64,000 nucleotides of DNA from Selaginella moellendorffii (GCF_000143415.4 NW_003314320.1:138787-202786), one strand, 5' to 3'; positions 1 to 12,345 are shown, counted from the stretch's first letter. The notes: generated by a model from the sequence alone, not told the origin. Numbers and translations are program-made.

Positions 1-1097
1 TTAAAGTCCGCGCCATACGACACACCATATTTTGGAACGAGTGCCTCATGGGCGGACAAGGACTGTACGAGCATTGGAGCTCCCCAGTTTCCCCGGCTTG
101 CATCCGAGCACGAGAGTTACATGGTCCCGCTCTACAATGTCTTGGTACAAGTCCAGCCCGAGGCAGTCTTGTGGGGGATTGGGACGGCCCTTGGAGAGCT
201 TCCGCCTTACTTTGTTTCTAGAGCAGGTATCCTCATTTCATTTGCTTTTAAGTTTCGTGTCACTGACTTAGAAGGTCCGCAGCTCGGTTGTCTGGCGAGC
301 GTCTAAAGGCTCTTGACGACATCGAGAACGAGTCCGCCACAAAGGATTCCTTGCTGACGCGAGTAAGGCAGTGGATGGTGACGAAAATCCAGCGGTTTGG
401 ATTTTTCACGATCTTGATTTGTGCTTCGGTATGTCTATATTATTTCTTTTTAGTGTTGCTTTTTGGCACGACTCACGCTCCGTTCCGCAGGTGCCGAATC
501 CGTTGTTCGATTTAGCGGGAATGATGTGTGGGCATTTTCTTGTTCCTTTCTGGAAGTTTTTCCTGGCCACCTTATTGGGGAAGGCAGTCATCAAGACGCA
601 CATACAGGTACTGTATCTTGACAGTAACAGAAAATCTCATTTGTGCACTGTTTGGCAGACGATTTTCATCATCTTGGCTTGCAACGCGCACTTGGTAGAG
701 CTCATATTGGACTCGCTAACCTGGAGCTTATCTAAGGTGCCTACGTTCTCCTTCATCTTGCCGAGAATCAGGACCACTCTACAAGGTGCCCAGGAGAGCT
801 TTCGTCACGGCCAGCAAGCGAAAGTAAGTAGTCTCTCCAAGATCCTTGGTACTGACAAGATTGAAGACGCAAAATCTAGTCTTGTTCCTCGGTACTGATG
901 GATGTTGCTTTCAGTCCGGGCAGCCAAACATGGTCGCGTTCGCCTGGAACACCTTCGTGATGGTCATACTCATGGGATTCCTGGCTTCCATCGTGAATTC
1001 CACGGCGCAGGGCTATCTCATGCAACGCCAGCTGCGAGAAATGGAGACGGTCGAGAAGCAAGAGGAGCAACAACAACAAGCTCCTCGTCAGGATTGA
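1..1097 (+). CDS. VMP1: Vacuole membrane protein 1 / KMS1-like (3' part; starts upstream of window; spliced)
   Basis: Spliced frame reads LKSAPYDT...[22 protein letters not shown]|...[12 protein letters not shown]|[39 protein letters not shown], the VMP1/SNARE-associated signature; GT-AG introns; stop at 1097. Confidence 0.93.
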
Positions 1098-1335
1098 GTC
1101 CCAAGAACTCACTCACTGACCCTTCTCCTCGAATTTTTTTCTCTCTCTCTTTCTTTTTCTCTGTTCTCCTTTTGGGAAGCTAACCAGCAGGCAGACTAGA
1201 AGAGGCAGTACCGCCAAGATCACTACTCTCTCCTTGATTCCTCGATTCCTTCGAACGACAACGATGACAATATCATAGCCATAGCAATTGTACATGAACA
1301 CCACGATTCTTCTTACTCGAACGATTCAATCAAAA

Positions 1336-1439
1336 CGTTGACTTAGTTGACTAAGTCAACGAAAAACATTGACTCTAATGGTCAATGGACAATCGTGCGT
1401 TCGCATTGTATATTGTTGGGTCAACAGCACTGCCACGTG
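1336..1439. promoter_or_regulatory. W-box (TTGACY) cluster with a perfect 12-bp inverted repeat, plus a G-box
   Basis: CGTTGACTTAGT-tg-ACTAAGTCAACG at 1336-1361; TTGACY at 1338, 1347, 1354(-), 1369, 1380(-), 1419(-); CACGTG at 1434. Function is inferred. Confidence 0.5.
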
Positions 1440-1792
1440 ACCGTGGACCCACGAGGAAGCATTAAAATAGCACACTTCACATGACGGTCACATGGCAAAT
1501 TATCCGTTAGCAAGCCTGGCCGTTGGATGGCGCGACAGCAGTCTCGGTTCGACGGTGGACGGGAGTTGCTTAGAAACCACGCCGCATTGCATATCGCTTT
1601 CGCCGCGTGCCGCGACTTCAAGCGTTGGATGCGGGCTCGCGACGGTTGAGATGTGAATGACATGCTGACGGTTGATGGGTGCCGATCAACGGCACAGCTT
1701 TGCTTTCCACGATTTCCACGAACAGCAAAGAGCGGCAGTGTTTTAAAGAAGGAAGAAGGAAATCTCTTGTGATTTCCAGTTTGATCCTCGCT

Positions 1793-2292
1793 ATGAGCGC
1801 GCGCAGGCCGCCGGAAGAGACAATCTCCAGCTCCTACATTTTCAAGGTAGCAATTTGACTTAAAAATTTTGGAGCAGCCTTTTACTTGGATTTGTAGGTG
1901 CATTACTTGATCGAGAGATGCCTGCTGCTACATATGGATCAAGAAGAAACCATCGAAGCTCTGGCACAAGCGAATGTAGACCCAGCCATTGCTGAAATAG
2001 GTACCTCGAAAATCCATGAATAGTTTGATGATAATCCTCTTTTCTTTTCTTGTTCTTGCTTGGATCGCTAGTTTGGAATGAGCTCGTCAAGGCCAACACC
2101 GAGTTCTTCGCGCACTACTTTCGAGCGAGAGAGGCCAAGCGCAGCAGCAGCAGACCCGCCGATTCTTCTTCCAGCCGGAGCAGCAGCCCAACACCGTGGA
2201 GCTCGAGTTTATCCGTACCAAACTTCTGTAAGGATCAAGGCTGCTTTAGTTCGGATACCTCTTCGGAGAAGCTTAGGAAGAATCGCGAATAA
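1793..2292 (+). CDS. Plant protein 1589 of unknown function (A_thal_3526 / TIGR01589 family), 3 exons
   Basis: Manual splicing gives MSARRPPEETISSSYIFK|VHYLIERCLLLHMDQEETIEALAQANVDPAIAEI|VWNELVKANTEFFAHY, matching the family motif V..LIERCL...M...E....L......P.....VW..L...N.EFF..Y. Confidence 0.85.
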
Positions 2293-2684
2293 AGACGATC
2301 TTTTTCGCGCTCCAGGCCTATAAAACCGCACGAATCCCCGTACCTGCTTGCGAGCATACTTTCCAGAGAGGAAAGAAATTTGTCTTTTGCCTGCATTAAA
2401 ACGGGTAGAACAAAAAAAGGAAGTCGAATTTAAGAACCTACTTGGTCCCATTGCAGAGCAAAAACTGGCACATGTTCGAGAACGACTATTGTCCTGCACT
2501 CACAAACAAACTCGTGAATCACGAAGCGAAAGTAGCAATCGGTTCTCTTTTCTGATACTTGTACATGAGATTTACGCTTGGTCTGCAACACCACCATGGT
2601 TGTCATCAATATCAGCTTATTGTCACACACCTTTCGCTTTTTGCTAAATTATTCCAAGAGTCTCTTCGAGTTCTTGATCCCACC

Positions 2685-3789
2685 TCACGCATCCATTTGC
2701 GAGAGGGACTCGAGCAAAACCTTCTCGATCTGCACTATTCTCTTGCCGATGGACATGTCCACGAGCTTGTCCCCGACCTCCACGATACAGCCCCCTATGA
2801 TGTCCTCGTTGATCTAAGCCCAAAAAAGTAGCTAACCGGTAAGAGCGCATTAGCAAGAGGGAATCGCGCATACCTTTGTCTCAATGATCGCAGTTTGTCC
2901 AGGCTCTAGCATCGTGTCCACCACATTCTTCTTTATGTAATCCAAATCGGAGGATGAGGGCTCCTGAAAGAGGAGAGAAACGAAAAACCACGCAAATGTT
3001 AATGCCAGCAACCAGGCTTCACTAGTACGTACATCTGCTGTGGTAATAAGCGTTCGTATACGCCCCCTGTGAGCGTCCATCACCTCGGCAAACGATTTCG
3101 CGATCCTTGGAAAGAGTTTGAACTGGCCATCCTCAGCTAAGATTGCTGCTCAAACAACCACAATCAGAAAAGACGAGAGAAAAAAAGGCAAACTTACTTA
3201 GAAAGTTCATGGTGATCGTATGTAGATTGGAGTCACCAAAGACTTTCTTCACGGTCTCAATGCGGTCTTCCCTCTTCATGAAGATATCCTCCGCGAAAGC
3301 TTGAAACTCGGGGGACTGCGCGACCGCGGCTGCGATCGCCCGCATTTCAGAGTCCACTTGGTCGGTAGCCTCGGCCCTCACAGCCGTCACATACAAGGAA
3401 GCAGCGTAGTTGCCATGAACACCACTCAAGAGTTTCGGCATCTACAAGAAAGAAAAAAAGAAAAACACCATCCCTTCATGCAAGCCCAAAAGAGAGAGAA
3501 AAAAAATCTTCCTTACCTTCACAGGAGGAGGTAGAGGAGGCAAATCCTCCTTGGCTTTATCAGCGAAATCCCTCGCATCCTAGCAATCGCAACCTACATT
3601 AGCTCGAGGAGCGGCAAGAAAGAAAAGGTAGCCTACCCGGCGAGAGAAAAGGAGTGCCGGACGAACAAGAGGCGATCTGTTGACACTCGCGACCTGCGAC
3701 AAGAATCGAGTCACTAGAGGCGCTGCTCGCTCCTCCTGCCGCGCGAGAATCGCCCACGCCCCGCGCAGCGCTCCCGCCGCTCGCCGCAT
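2685..3789 (-). CDS. ATP5O: Mitochondrial ATP synthase subunit O (OSCP/delta), spliced
   Basis: Arg-rich transit peptide MRRAAGALRGAW...; LSGVHGNYAASLY; AHRGRIRTLITTAD; INEDIIGGCIVEVGDKLVDMSI; stop at 2685-2687. Confidence 0.92.
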
Positions 3790-4006
3790 TGGATCGCTGT
3801 AGGTAGAAGAAACCCTAGCTCAGTTCTAGCTAGGGCAAAGTGAAATATTTCGAGCGGAGACGATGAATCCATGCGCGCCAGTGGTGGTAAGTAGCAAATC
3901 TCTCCCCTCTCCCAGCTCCTCCACCGATCTCACAATTCGTGCGTGGGATTCTTCCCAGGAATGATCGCGCCTCTCCCAAAATCTCTCGCGAGCGCAAAGA
4001 TTTTCC

Positions 4007-4381
4007 ATGGAAGCCGACGCATCGTCGGCGCCAGCAAAGGCGCCGCCAGTGGACAGGAAGATGTGGGCGGCGTTCGAGCGGGGATTTAGCCAGGTCCAAT
4101 TCCTGCTCGATCACAACCGGCTCCTCATCAACGAGATCAACCAGAACCAGGAATCCAAGGTCCCCGAGAGCCTGTCCAGGAACGTGGTGCTCATCAAGGA
4201 GCTCAACAAGAACATCGGCCAGGTCGTGAGCTTGTACTCCACCATCTCCTCCTCGTTCGTCAAGTCTTTCGAGAATTCGCAAGAGGGCGATTCCATCCCA
4301 GCGCCAGGGACCGCGAAAGCCATGGATTCTCCCGCCGCTGCCGCTGGAGCGGTGGGTCACAAGAGAGTTCGATCGTCATAG
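4007..4381 (+). CDS. ELF4-like: EARLY FLOWERING 4-like protein (DUF1313), intronless
   Basis: FSQVQFLLDHNRLLINEINQNQESKVPESLSRNVVLIKELNKNIGQVVSLY is the ELF4/DUF1313 core. Confidence 0.95.
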   Translation: MEADASSAPAKAPPVDRKMWAAFERGFSQVQFLLDHNRLLINEINQNQESKVPESLSRNVVLIKELNKNIGQVVSLYSTISSSFVKSFENSQEGDSIPAPGTAKAMDSPAAAAGAVGHKRVRSS

Positions 4382-4624
4382 CGAAGCAGCACTCTGGAAG
4401 AGCTGTGGAAGGAACTTCTTTGATTCTTTTCCTCGCTGGGAGGAAGTTTTATACCAAAAGGAAAAGCTATGTTTGTAGCGATGCTGTGGAGTTTAAAAGG
4501 TTTTCTTTGTAGCTATAATGATAAGAGGAAAAAATCCAACACCAGGAACTTCTACGCCTTCAAGTATAGTTTTCACACAATCCCCAACGAATTCGTTCTT
4601 CTCGCCTTGTGATTCCGATTTCTC

Positions 4625-6031
4625 TCAGAGGAAAACGTCGTTTTGCAAGAGCTGGACGATCTCGTCCTGATTGTTGAGCTTGGCAACGTCCATTGGAGTT
4701 TTGCTGTCCATGTTTCTTACAGTCCTATTGGAACAAGGAAAAGTTAGTCCAATCCAAGCGCGAAAGAACGAAGAGGCTTTCGAGACACTTACACGGCCGC
4801 TCCGTTCTTCAATAGCAGCTCCACGCATTCCTTCCGGCCGTAGCCACCAGCGTAATGCAATGGAGTGTTGTTGTTCTTGTCCACCGAGTCCACGAACGCC
4901 CCAGCCTCGAGAAGAGCTTCCGCGCATTTCAACTGGAAAGAGATGACAGATGAGTCGTGGAGGAGGAAATCAACTCAATCTATTTGCTTACCTCTCCGTA
5001 TCCACAAGCAAAATGAAGTGCTGTTCTCCCTTCCGAGTCTTTCTCATCCTTGTTTGCACCGTCTGCTAGAAGAACTTTCAACCCCTGGGTATGAAGAGCA
5101 TGAGAAAAACAAAATTATATAGAGAAAACTCAGGTACCTCAATGTCGCCAGTGCTAGCGGTGTGATGAAGGGTCAGTTCCTCCTCTTCCTCGCCCTCGGC
5201 TTCCGCTTCTTCGACTTCCTCCCTTGGCAAGCCAAAGTGCTGCGGACCCCCTACTCCCATTGCCCGTCCTAGCTTGTTAAGAACATCGGGATCATTCCAG
5301 TACCTGGCAAAAGTTCACATCACAAAAGTCAGTCACTTGCACGAGTGAGAGAGAATAAGGAAAAGAGGATCGTACTTCATCATAGCTGCTGGGCCTCCTT
5401 GCTCGATCTCGTCGAGAACTGGCTTCAAAGCGGGATCCTCTCTGATTTGCGACATGCGTGCCTCGAGTTGCTCCTTATGAGCTGGATTAGTCATGTTCTG
5501 GAGCATTGCTGCCATGGATGGATCCTGGAAAACAGAGAAACAAGAGCTTGAGACAATAGAGCTTCCAAACACTACCTGCATGAGAGCATTGCCAAGGCGC
5601 TCCGCCATGCTCATGAACTGTGGGTTTTGCATAACTTGCTGCATTGCCTGGAAGTATTGATTCGTGTCGAGCTGTGGAACACCGTCTCCGGCGGTCTGGA
5701 CGCTCTCGGATAGTTGCTGTGCCATGCGATTGAATGCCGGATCCTTGGCAATTTGCTCCGCCATGTCTTTGATGCTTGGATCCTGGCAAAAAAAAAGAAA
5801 AAGAGTGCAGTTCAAGAAAATTTCTAGCAAAACAGTATCTAGAAAGAACTAAAGCTTACATTCAACAAGCTCGTCATCGCCGACATGTCGAAAGCGTTGA
5901 AATCCGCCTGCGATGAGGAGGACTCGGATTTCTTGTCATCCGCGGCCTTTTCTGCGAATCGCAAAGCAATGCCGAGTGAGAAATTGACCTAATCTATGCG
6001 CGAAACCCCGACCTGCTGGAGCCGACGCCAT
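4625..6031 (-). CDS. AKR2: Ankyrin repeat domain-containing protein 2 (membrane-protein chaperone), spliced
   Basis: MASAPA|EKAADDKK...[11 protein letters not shown]|[17 protein letters not shown]...[22 protein letters not shown]|YWNDP...; ankyrin repeats [25 protein letters not shown]; ends LLQNDVFL. Confidence 0.93.
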
Positions 6032-6252
6032 GGCGCCGCGATAGAGACGATCCCCGAATTCGTGAGAAACAATCCCCGCCCTGCGAATCGCGCAACCCTA
6101 GCACTGCTCTCCCCGACGAAGCGGATAAGCCGGAGCCTCCAATCAACCCTAGAACAATGAAATCATATTGGGTAAAAGTAGTAAATAAATCTACCAAGAA
6201 ATGTACCTGGGGTTAAAACTACTCCAAGCTTGCTGTCACTCACAGCCACACC

Positions 6253-6800
6253 ATGGCCATATCTTATCCCTTCCAAGGAGAGGATATTCGCCTCTTCGTG
6301 TCGTGTCACGAGGAAGAAATATGCCAGTTCCAGCAAATCTATCGATACGTCTTCGTTGCTTGCTTTGACAACGAGGTTCTTTTTTAATTTACAGCTTTTT
6401 ACTAATTGACTTCTGCCTTTGATAGAAAAGAATTAAGAATATTCGGAATTGTTAAAATGTTTACTTGATTTATGTAAACTGCATCAACTAAAGCCAAAAG
6501 GACCGTCCTTTGTTTAGCGAACCTTTTGATTGCTTTACTATAAAGGTAGAACTAAGTTCTAGGGTTTACTTACACATGGAAAAGTCTCCAAGCCAAAAGC
6601 AAAAGAAAGAGTGGCGGACGAACGCATATTTCTATGCTTCCAAGGGCCAATACGTGAGGGCGATGATCTACGCCGAGCTGCTAGGGCAGCCTCCAGATAT
6701 GATGGAGATCATGGATCTCATCGCGCCAACCGAGCCGGACTTCTTCAAGAAGCAGTTCGAGCTATGCAAACACCCCCCGCTACCATATACCTACCCATGA
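6253..6800 (+). CDS. Putative small orphan protein (~125 aa, 2 exons), unknown function
   Basis: ATG 6253, exon 1 to 6375, GT..AG intron 6376-6545 joins in frame to VELSSRVYLHMEK...GQYVRAMIYAELLG...PYTYP*. No family recognised. Confidence 0.4.
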
Positions 6801-6802
6801 TT

Positions 6803-6990
6803 AAATCTATCATCCTTTGTAACTTCAAGTATAGACTATAGTCTGTTTCCAAAATCTATCACCTTCAGCCATGTTATAGTTTGTTTTCAAATCTATCATC
6901 CTTTGTACCTTCAACTATGTTATAATTTCTTTTCAAATCTATCATCCTTTGTACCTTCAGCTATGTTGTAATCCATCATCTTGTTTTAAA
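6803..6990. repeat. Degenerate ~46-bp tandem repeat (about 4 units)
   Basis: Recurring AAATCTATCATCCTTTGTA(A/C)CTTCA(A/G)CTATGTTATA.TTT.TTTTC units downstream of the orphan ORF. Confidence 0.75.
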
Positions 6991-7157
6991 AATATATACT
7001 ATTCCACGTGGCAAACCATACAGGTGGAAAACGGTGGCCGGCTCAAGCAGCAAGCGCGCGCAAATTTTCCATCATTGTTCTCCTCCTTTTTTCTTGGGTT
7101 CACTCTCTCTCATTCTCAATCTCCATCTCTATTGTCTTGCAAAAGAGATTTCTAGCC

Positions 7158-8932
7158 ATGGCCTGGGACAATTGGGGAGCTCCTCCGCCAAAGAAGCGCT
7201 ACTCCAAGAAGGAGCGCTTCCCAGTTCCATGGAGAAAGGTGGAGATCCCACGCAAGAAGGAGAGGAGGCGGCCCGCTTCGCCGCTGGACGACCACCTGGA
7301 TCAAGCCAAGGTGAAGAAATACCGCAAGAACAAGAAGAAGCGGCTCCCGCACGACCCTCCCGTTGTGCCGGGGGAGATCTCGCCATGCAAGCCACTCTCG
7401 TATATCGGGTTCTTCCGCCCAAAGTTGGCCAAGCAAGCGGATGAAGAGGAGGAGCCAAATCCCCAAGGCCAGATCACCATGACCAAGCCTGATGCATTTC
7501 TGGATTTCTTCAAACCCCTGCGCTGGATCCGAGGCTGTCCCGCACCCAGGAGTGTTGTTCATGCTCCAAAGCCGCCGCCGGATCCAAAGCTGGTTCCTCG
7601 GGTCAGGAAGAAACGTGTAAGCCTCGATCTTAGGATTTTACATAAGAATTGATACGTGATCATCCATGCAGAGGAAATATAAGGTTCGTGGCTACAAAGT
7701 TAGGCGAGGATGGTATTGCGAGCAAGTCGGATACAAGCTCAGGAACACACCTGTTGAGAATTTCCTGTGCTACTCATCCGAGGAGAAGGAGGTTGGAACC
7801 TAAATCTTTCTTGTGAGAATGTTTCTAAGGTAAACTCTTCTGAAGTTGCTCTCGCGAGATTGTTTGGCTGATTGCTTGCGTTGTTTTTCCCTGGAAAAGC
7901 TGGTCGAGAGGATCAAGGAGCGCAAGAGGAGGAAAGACGAGATCAAGTTTGAAAAGATGTATCGATCGTATTCCAGAGGCGCGGAGTACAAAAAGGGACA
8001 CATACTGCGGCAAATGGGCGATATGATCGAGCTGGTTGACGAGAAGCATGTCAAGAAGCTTGGGATCTTGTATGAGAAGTGGAGAATGCAAGTTTTCGAG
8101 CCCATACAGAGGCAGATCGAGGACGAGCTGAATAGAATGTCTCCGGATTACATCAAGGACAAGCTCAGTAAGAAATCTTAGACTTTCAGTTAATTCATTC
8201 ATTTGCCAATTTGCAGGATGGTACCAGTATCAATACTGTTCGATAGCCAACAAGCAGATGATTTTGCGAGATTTTCCACGTCCAGATTATAATCCTTTCG
8301 AGCCCCTGGAGCATACAATTAAGTACAGCCTCAAGGATGTGGTCGATCCTTGCAAGCATGACATACGAAAGGTTGGTCTCCTTATTAGAATTTTATGGAG
8401 TTTTTCTTATTATTTGATATTAATTAAATTTCTGATCAGGAAAACAATGAGAAGAGATTCATGGGCATTCCCGTGTCCGAGACTCCGGTGACGAGATTTA
8501 CACTGGGATTGGAACATTATCCAGCATATCACTTTAGAGGTACTGTTTGGGGACATATTGAAGCCGATGAAGAAGATGGCTCAGAGATCGTCATCAAGCA
8601 ACCAGAGTACGAGTTTAAGTTTTTAAATCGCAGATATGCTCTGATTTGTTTTTTCGTTTTTCAGGAAATATTATTCTCACGATTTGCTCTGGAACCAGAA
8701 GTTTGTTGGTCACGATTACGTGAAAGCAGAGTTCCCACTCGGGCGATATGTAAGTTTTAGTAGAAGTTCTTTCTAACTTCTAATACTTTGCTGCTTCTAT
8801 CTTTCCCAGATGAATCCTTGCAAGGGAGTGTTGCCAGAGACACAGAAATTCAGGGAAAAACCTCAGGGTTTAGGCATGGTTTGGGACGTCGAGTGCCAAA
8901 CTCAACCAAAACTCCGACTGTACTACAACTAA
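7158..8932 (+). CDS. Uncharacterised basic protein with a FAM228-like C-terminal half, multi-exon
   Basis: Lys/Pro-rich exon 1 followed by spliced exons ...KKLGILYEKWRMQVFEPIQRQIEDEL...MILRDFPRPDYNPFE...VVDPCKHDIRK|ENNE...AEFPLGRY|MNPCK...YYN* (8932); GT-AG junctions are consistent. The FAM228 resemblance is from memory. Confidence 0.65.
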
Positions 8933-9010
8933 ACTTCGTGTGTCCAAACTTAGTAATCTACTTCCAAAACTGCTGCTTGAATTTATCTATAAGATGAGAA
9001 TCTCTTTTCT

Positions 9011-10633
9011 TTACAAGGCATACGTTGTGTTAAGATACTTGATAATCTCCGAGCTTTCAAACATCTCCACACCGGTGTTGGGGTCTTCTAAGAAAGGAAC
9101 CTGGGAAACAAAAGAGTGATTCCAACACCATTGTATCGAATTTATGAGTACCTGATAAATTCCAGTCCGTTCCAAGAGATAATTTCGTTTGGGACTTCCA
9201 CGAGCGGCACTGGACAGTGTAAAGTAGAGACTTAAAAAAGAGCTCTCGAGAGAAGAAAACACAAACTAGAGACTTACTTGTAGTAAACGTGAGGGAGCTC
9301 CAATTCAACCAGCCTTTCTCGTACGATCTTACAGAAAGGCGAAAGCTGCTCACAAAATCCAGCTTTAAGATATAGCTCTCTCTTTCTTTTTTGAGTTTTC
9401 AATTCACCTCGTACGCCCAGATCTTTAGAGGCTTGTCTGGTTTTCTCGCAGGAACGTATTGGGATCCCTGGTTTGAAAACAAAAACCTGGTTTGTATCGT
9501 CAAAGTGAAAGACGTAAAAGTTTACCTTGCCTGCACGCCCAAGCATTGCTAATCCTGCTGTTAGAGTCTGTTATAATTTGATAGCAAATGAAAAGCCGGT
9601 GGAAAAAATATATACACAATACATTACCGTGAAGAAACCCAGTGACAGCATAAAAGGCACCTTCCCATTCCCTGGAAAAACAATCGACGACAAACTAACA
9701 AGTCTATGGTATTTGAAAACAATTTACCGTATTTATCTACAAGGTACTTGATGATTTCATCCGATTCGTACATTGCAACATCCGTGTTGGGATCTACCTG
9801 ACGAAAAAACAAAACAAAAACGAGCATTTGATAGAAAGCTTAAAGTTTGCAAAGCTTACCATGTAAGGGAATTGCTTTTTACCACCAAGTTCGATAGCTT
9901 TGGGACGATAGGTTGGACCGTCTTTAGGACAGGGATAAAACAAGATGTCGAGATCCAGGATCGTAGCAGCTTCTCTGACCTATGAAATCAAACACACTTT
10001 TCTTCAGGCCTTTCCAATCGCTTGCAATCTGAGTTACCTTACGACAAAATGGACAACTAAGGAAAAAAAGAAACCATCAGTAAGCGATGAAAGAACGAAA
10101 GAAGAAAAAACGAAAGATTACCCTTCGAATTCATAGATTTGTATGGGCTGTTGTGGTCGAGCTCCTAGCACTGCAGTCTCCACGAGCTTCTGTCCTGATT
10201 TATTACCAAACTCTCTACAGATTATAAGAAAAAAAAAAAACTTTTTACCTCCAAAATCAAAGAGCGAGTACTGCGACGGTGGAACTTGCTCCTTGGGAAC
10301 AAAGGATGCCTTGTAGCTATATCCAAGCATAGAAAATCAAATTAGAGAGTTTTTTTTTTCTTTCTCATACCCTTGGACGAGAGCTCCTGTTCCCAGACGA
10401 AGCGGCACTGCCAAGGAAGCGCCCAATATGTCGAACATTTTGTCATTCTCCACATGGTATCTCCTTGCCTGAAATTCTTTCTTGACAACGTCGATCGCGG
10501 AAGAAGCTTCTTCTTGAATTGCTACTCTGGAATCATCCTCGGACGCAGCGGCCACGAATCTGTGCCTGGATCTTCGCGATAATGTAAGACCACTTGGGAT
10601 TCTGCCACTGCACGATGCCATAGCCATCGCCAT
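9011..10633 (-). CDS. Chloroplast thioredoxin-fold / GST N-terminal double-domain protein (At5g03880-like), multi-exon
   Basis: Transit peptide; PQQPIQIYEFEG|CPFCRK|VREAATILDLDILFYPCPKDGPTYRP...KQFPYM|VDPNTDVAMYESDEIIKYL; second domain SPFCKIVRERLVELELPH...QVPFLEDPNTGVEMFESSEIIKYL. Confidence 0.9.
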
Positions 10634-10676
10634 TGATAAAGATCTTCCTTTTTTCATTAGAGAAAAACTTATATAT

Positions 10677-12345
10677 CTATGGTTTGTGAAAGTGTGATTT
10701 TTCTTTGGCCGAGAGATTCATCGGCTCAAACGTGAAATTGAGTAGGATCATCGCAAGGATGATCTTCGTCTCGATCATGGCGAAGCTCTGTTCCACGCAA
10801 GTTCGCGGCCCCACGGAGAACGGTAAGAACGGCCTTTGCTGTTGGGCGACGAACCTATTTGGATTGAAGCTCTTGGCATCTTCTCCCCAGAGCTTCTCGC
10901 TGTAGTTTGTGACAATCAGAGGCAAGAGTAGCAGAGTTCCTTTTGGGGTGGCTAGTTCTTTGAGCTTGACCTGGTTGTGGTTGTTTGCGTAGCGATTTAG
11001 CAAAGGAACCGGGATCACCATTGTCATCTGGAGCAAAAGAAAGAAAGAGTTTTACAAAAGAAAAGAGGAATGGAAAAGCTTACGGATTTGAGATTGCCCA
11101 GCATCTCCAAAGAGTTTGGAGCGGAGACTTCTCCACAAACTTCACGAACTTCGTGACGTAGTCGAGTCTGCCATTCGGGATTGAGTGCCAAAAGCAGCAT
11201 CGTCCACGCTAGTAGAGCTGCCGACGTTTCTTGGCTAGTGAAAAAGAAAGTCTTGCACTCGTCGATCACGTCCTGCATCGTCACCTGGATTTCCAGCTTC
11301 TTACCGTTGTTAAAATCCAAAACTCCTTCGTTTGCAGCCAGCATCAATCCCAAGAGATCCTTCCCGTATGATCCACTGACACTCGACTCCTTCAATCGGC
11401 CACCTGCGTCGATTGGTGGACGTTGGAAGAAATCTAATAAGTTTATCAGGAAAGCGAAGAAAACGAAAAGAAAAGAGACAAAAACCGCACCTAAAACCTG
11501 GGAGATGAACTTGACCTTGCCACTCCAAGTGAATGTATTGCTGCTCGATTTTCTTCTGGAAAACTTCCTTCCCTGCAGTGTAGCTCGTCCCAAAAGCCGT
11601 CCGGCACAAAACATCCCGTGTGATGTCTCGGAGCTTTAACGCAAGATCCACCGGTCCATCGGTGGTCTTCCACTGCTTGAGGTTCTCCTCGACACAAGCT
11701 ACCATAGCATCGATCATCAACTGAGGGAAAACAAGAAGGAAAACATTCAGAAGCTGAAGAAACTAAAAGTTTTGAAACCTTGAGCTTCTCGCTGTGGAAA
11801 GCCAAAGAGACCATCTCTTATTCATAGTCAGCAACGCAATCCCATCTCCAAACAAATCCCTGGCGGCATGCTGGCCGGGTTCTCTGTCAAAGCTCCCACT
11901 TTTGTCGCAAAGCACTTCTTTCATCAGCTCTGGATCGCTTATCATCAGCCTTGGCTGTGATCCCCGCCAAACGAAAAACGTTTCACCTGTTCAAAGATTC
12001 ATCGAGCTTCAATCATCACGAACGATTCCACGAAGACTGGGAAAAGATCGATCTCGTACCGCATGATCTGGACCACGCTGCATAGTAGGGAAGAACTTTC
12101 GCCACAACGCCAGCATGATGGTCGTTGCTAATCTCGCCAGTGGAACTCTTGGCAACTTCTACTGCCATGAGCTCGCGCATTTGATCCAAGTTTCCGAGGA
12201 ACAAGCGTGGGATCGGTCCCAAGACGCCTTGCTGCTTGAAAGCCTGGAGGAGGAGCCGAGGCCTCCACAGGAAGTCGTGAGCCCATTGCCAAACACATAT
12301 CGTTGCCGCCAGAGAGATCCCTGCTGTGACAACATTCCAGATTCG
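10677..12345 (-). pseudogene. Cytochrome P450 pseudogene, tandem copy of the CYP at 13079-14902
   Basis: Near-identical to the neighbouring CYP but lacks the start codon region. It has a 24-nt deletion removing the ExxR motif (MVINEALRMYPPVPL to MVIPVPL), heme motif CVGQ to CVEQ, TGQETS to TSQETS, internal deletions/frameshifts and a deleted C-terminus. Confidence 0.92.

Noticed and set aside
6803-6990. Repeat array as CRISPR-like
   Set aside because: Eukaryotic context; degenerate head-to-tail units with no unique spacers and no cas genes.
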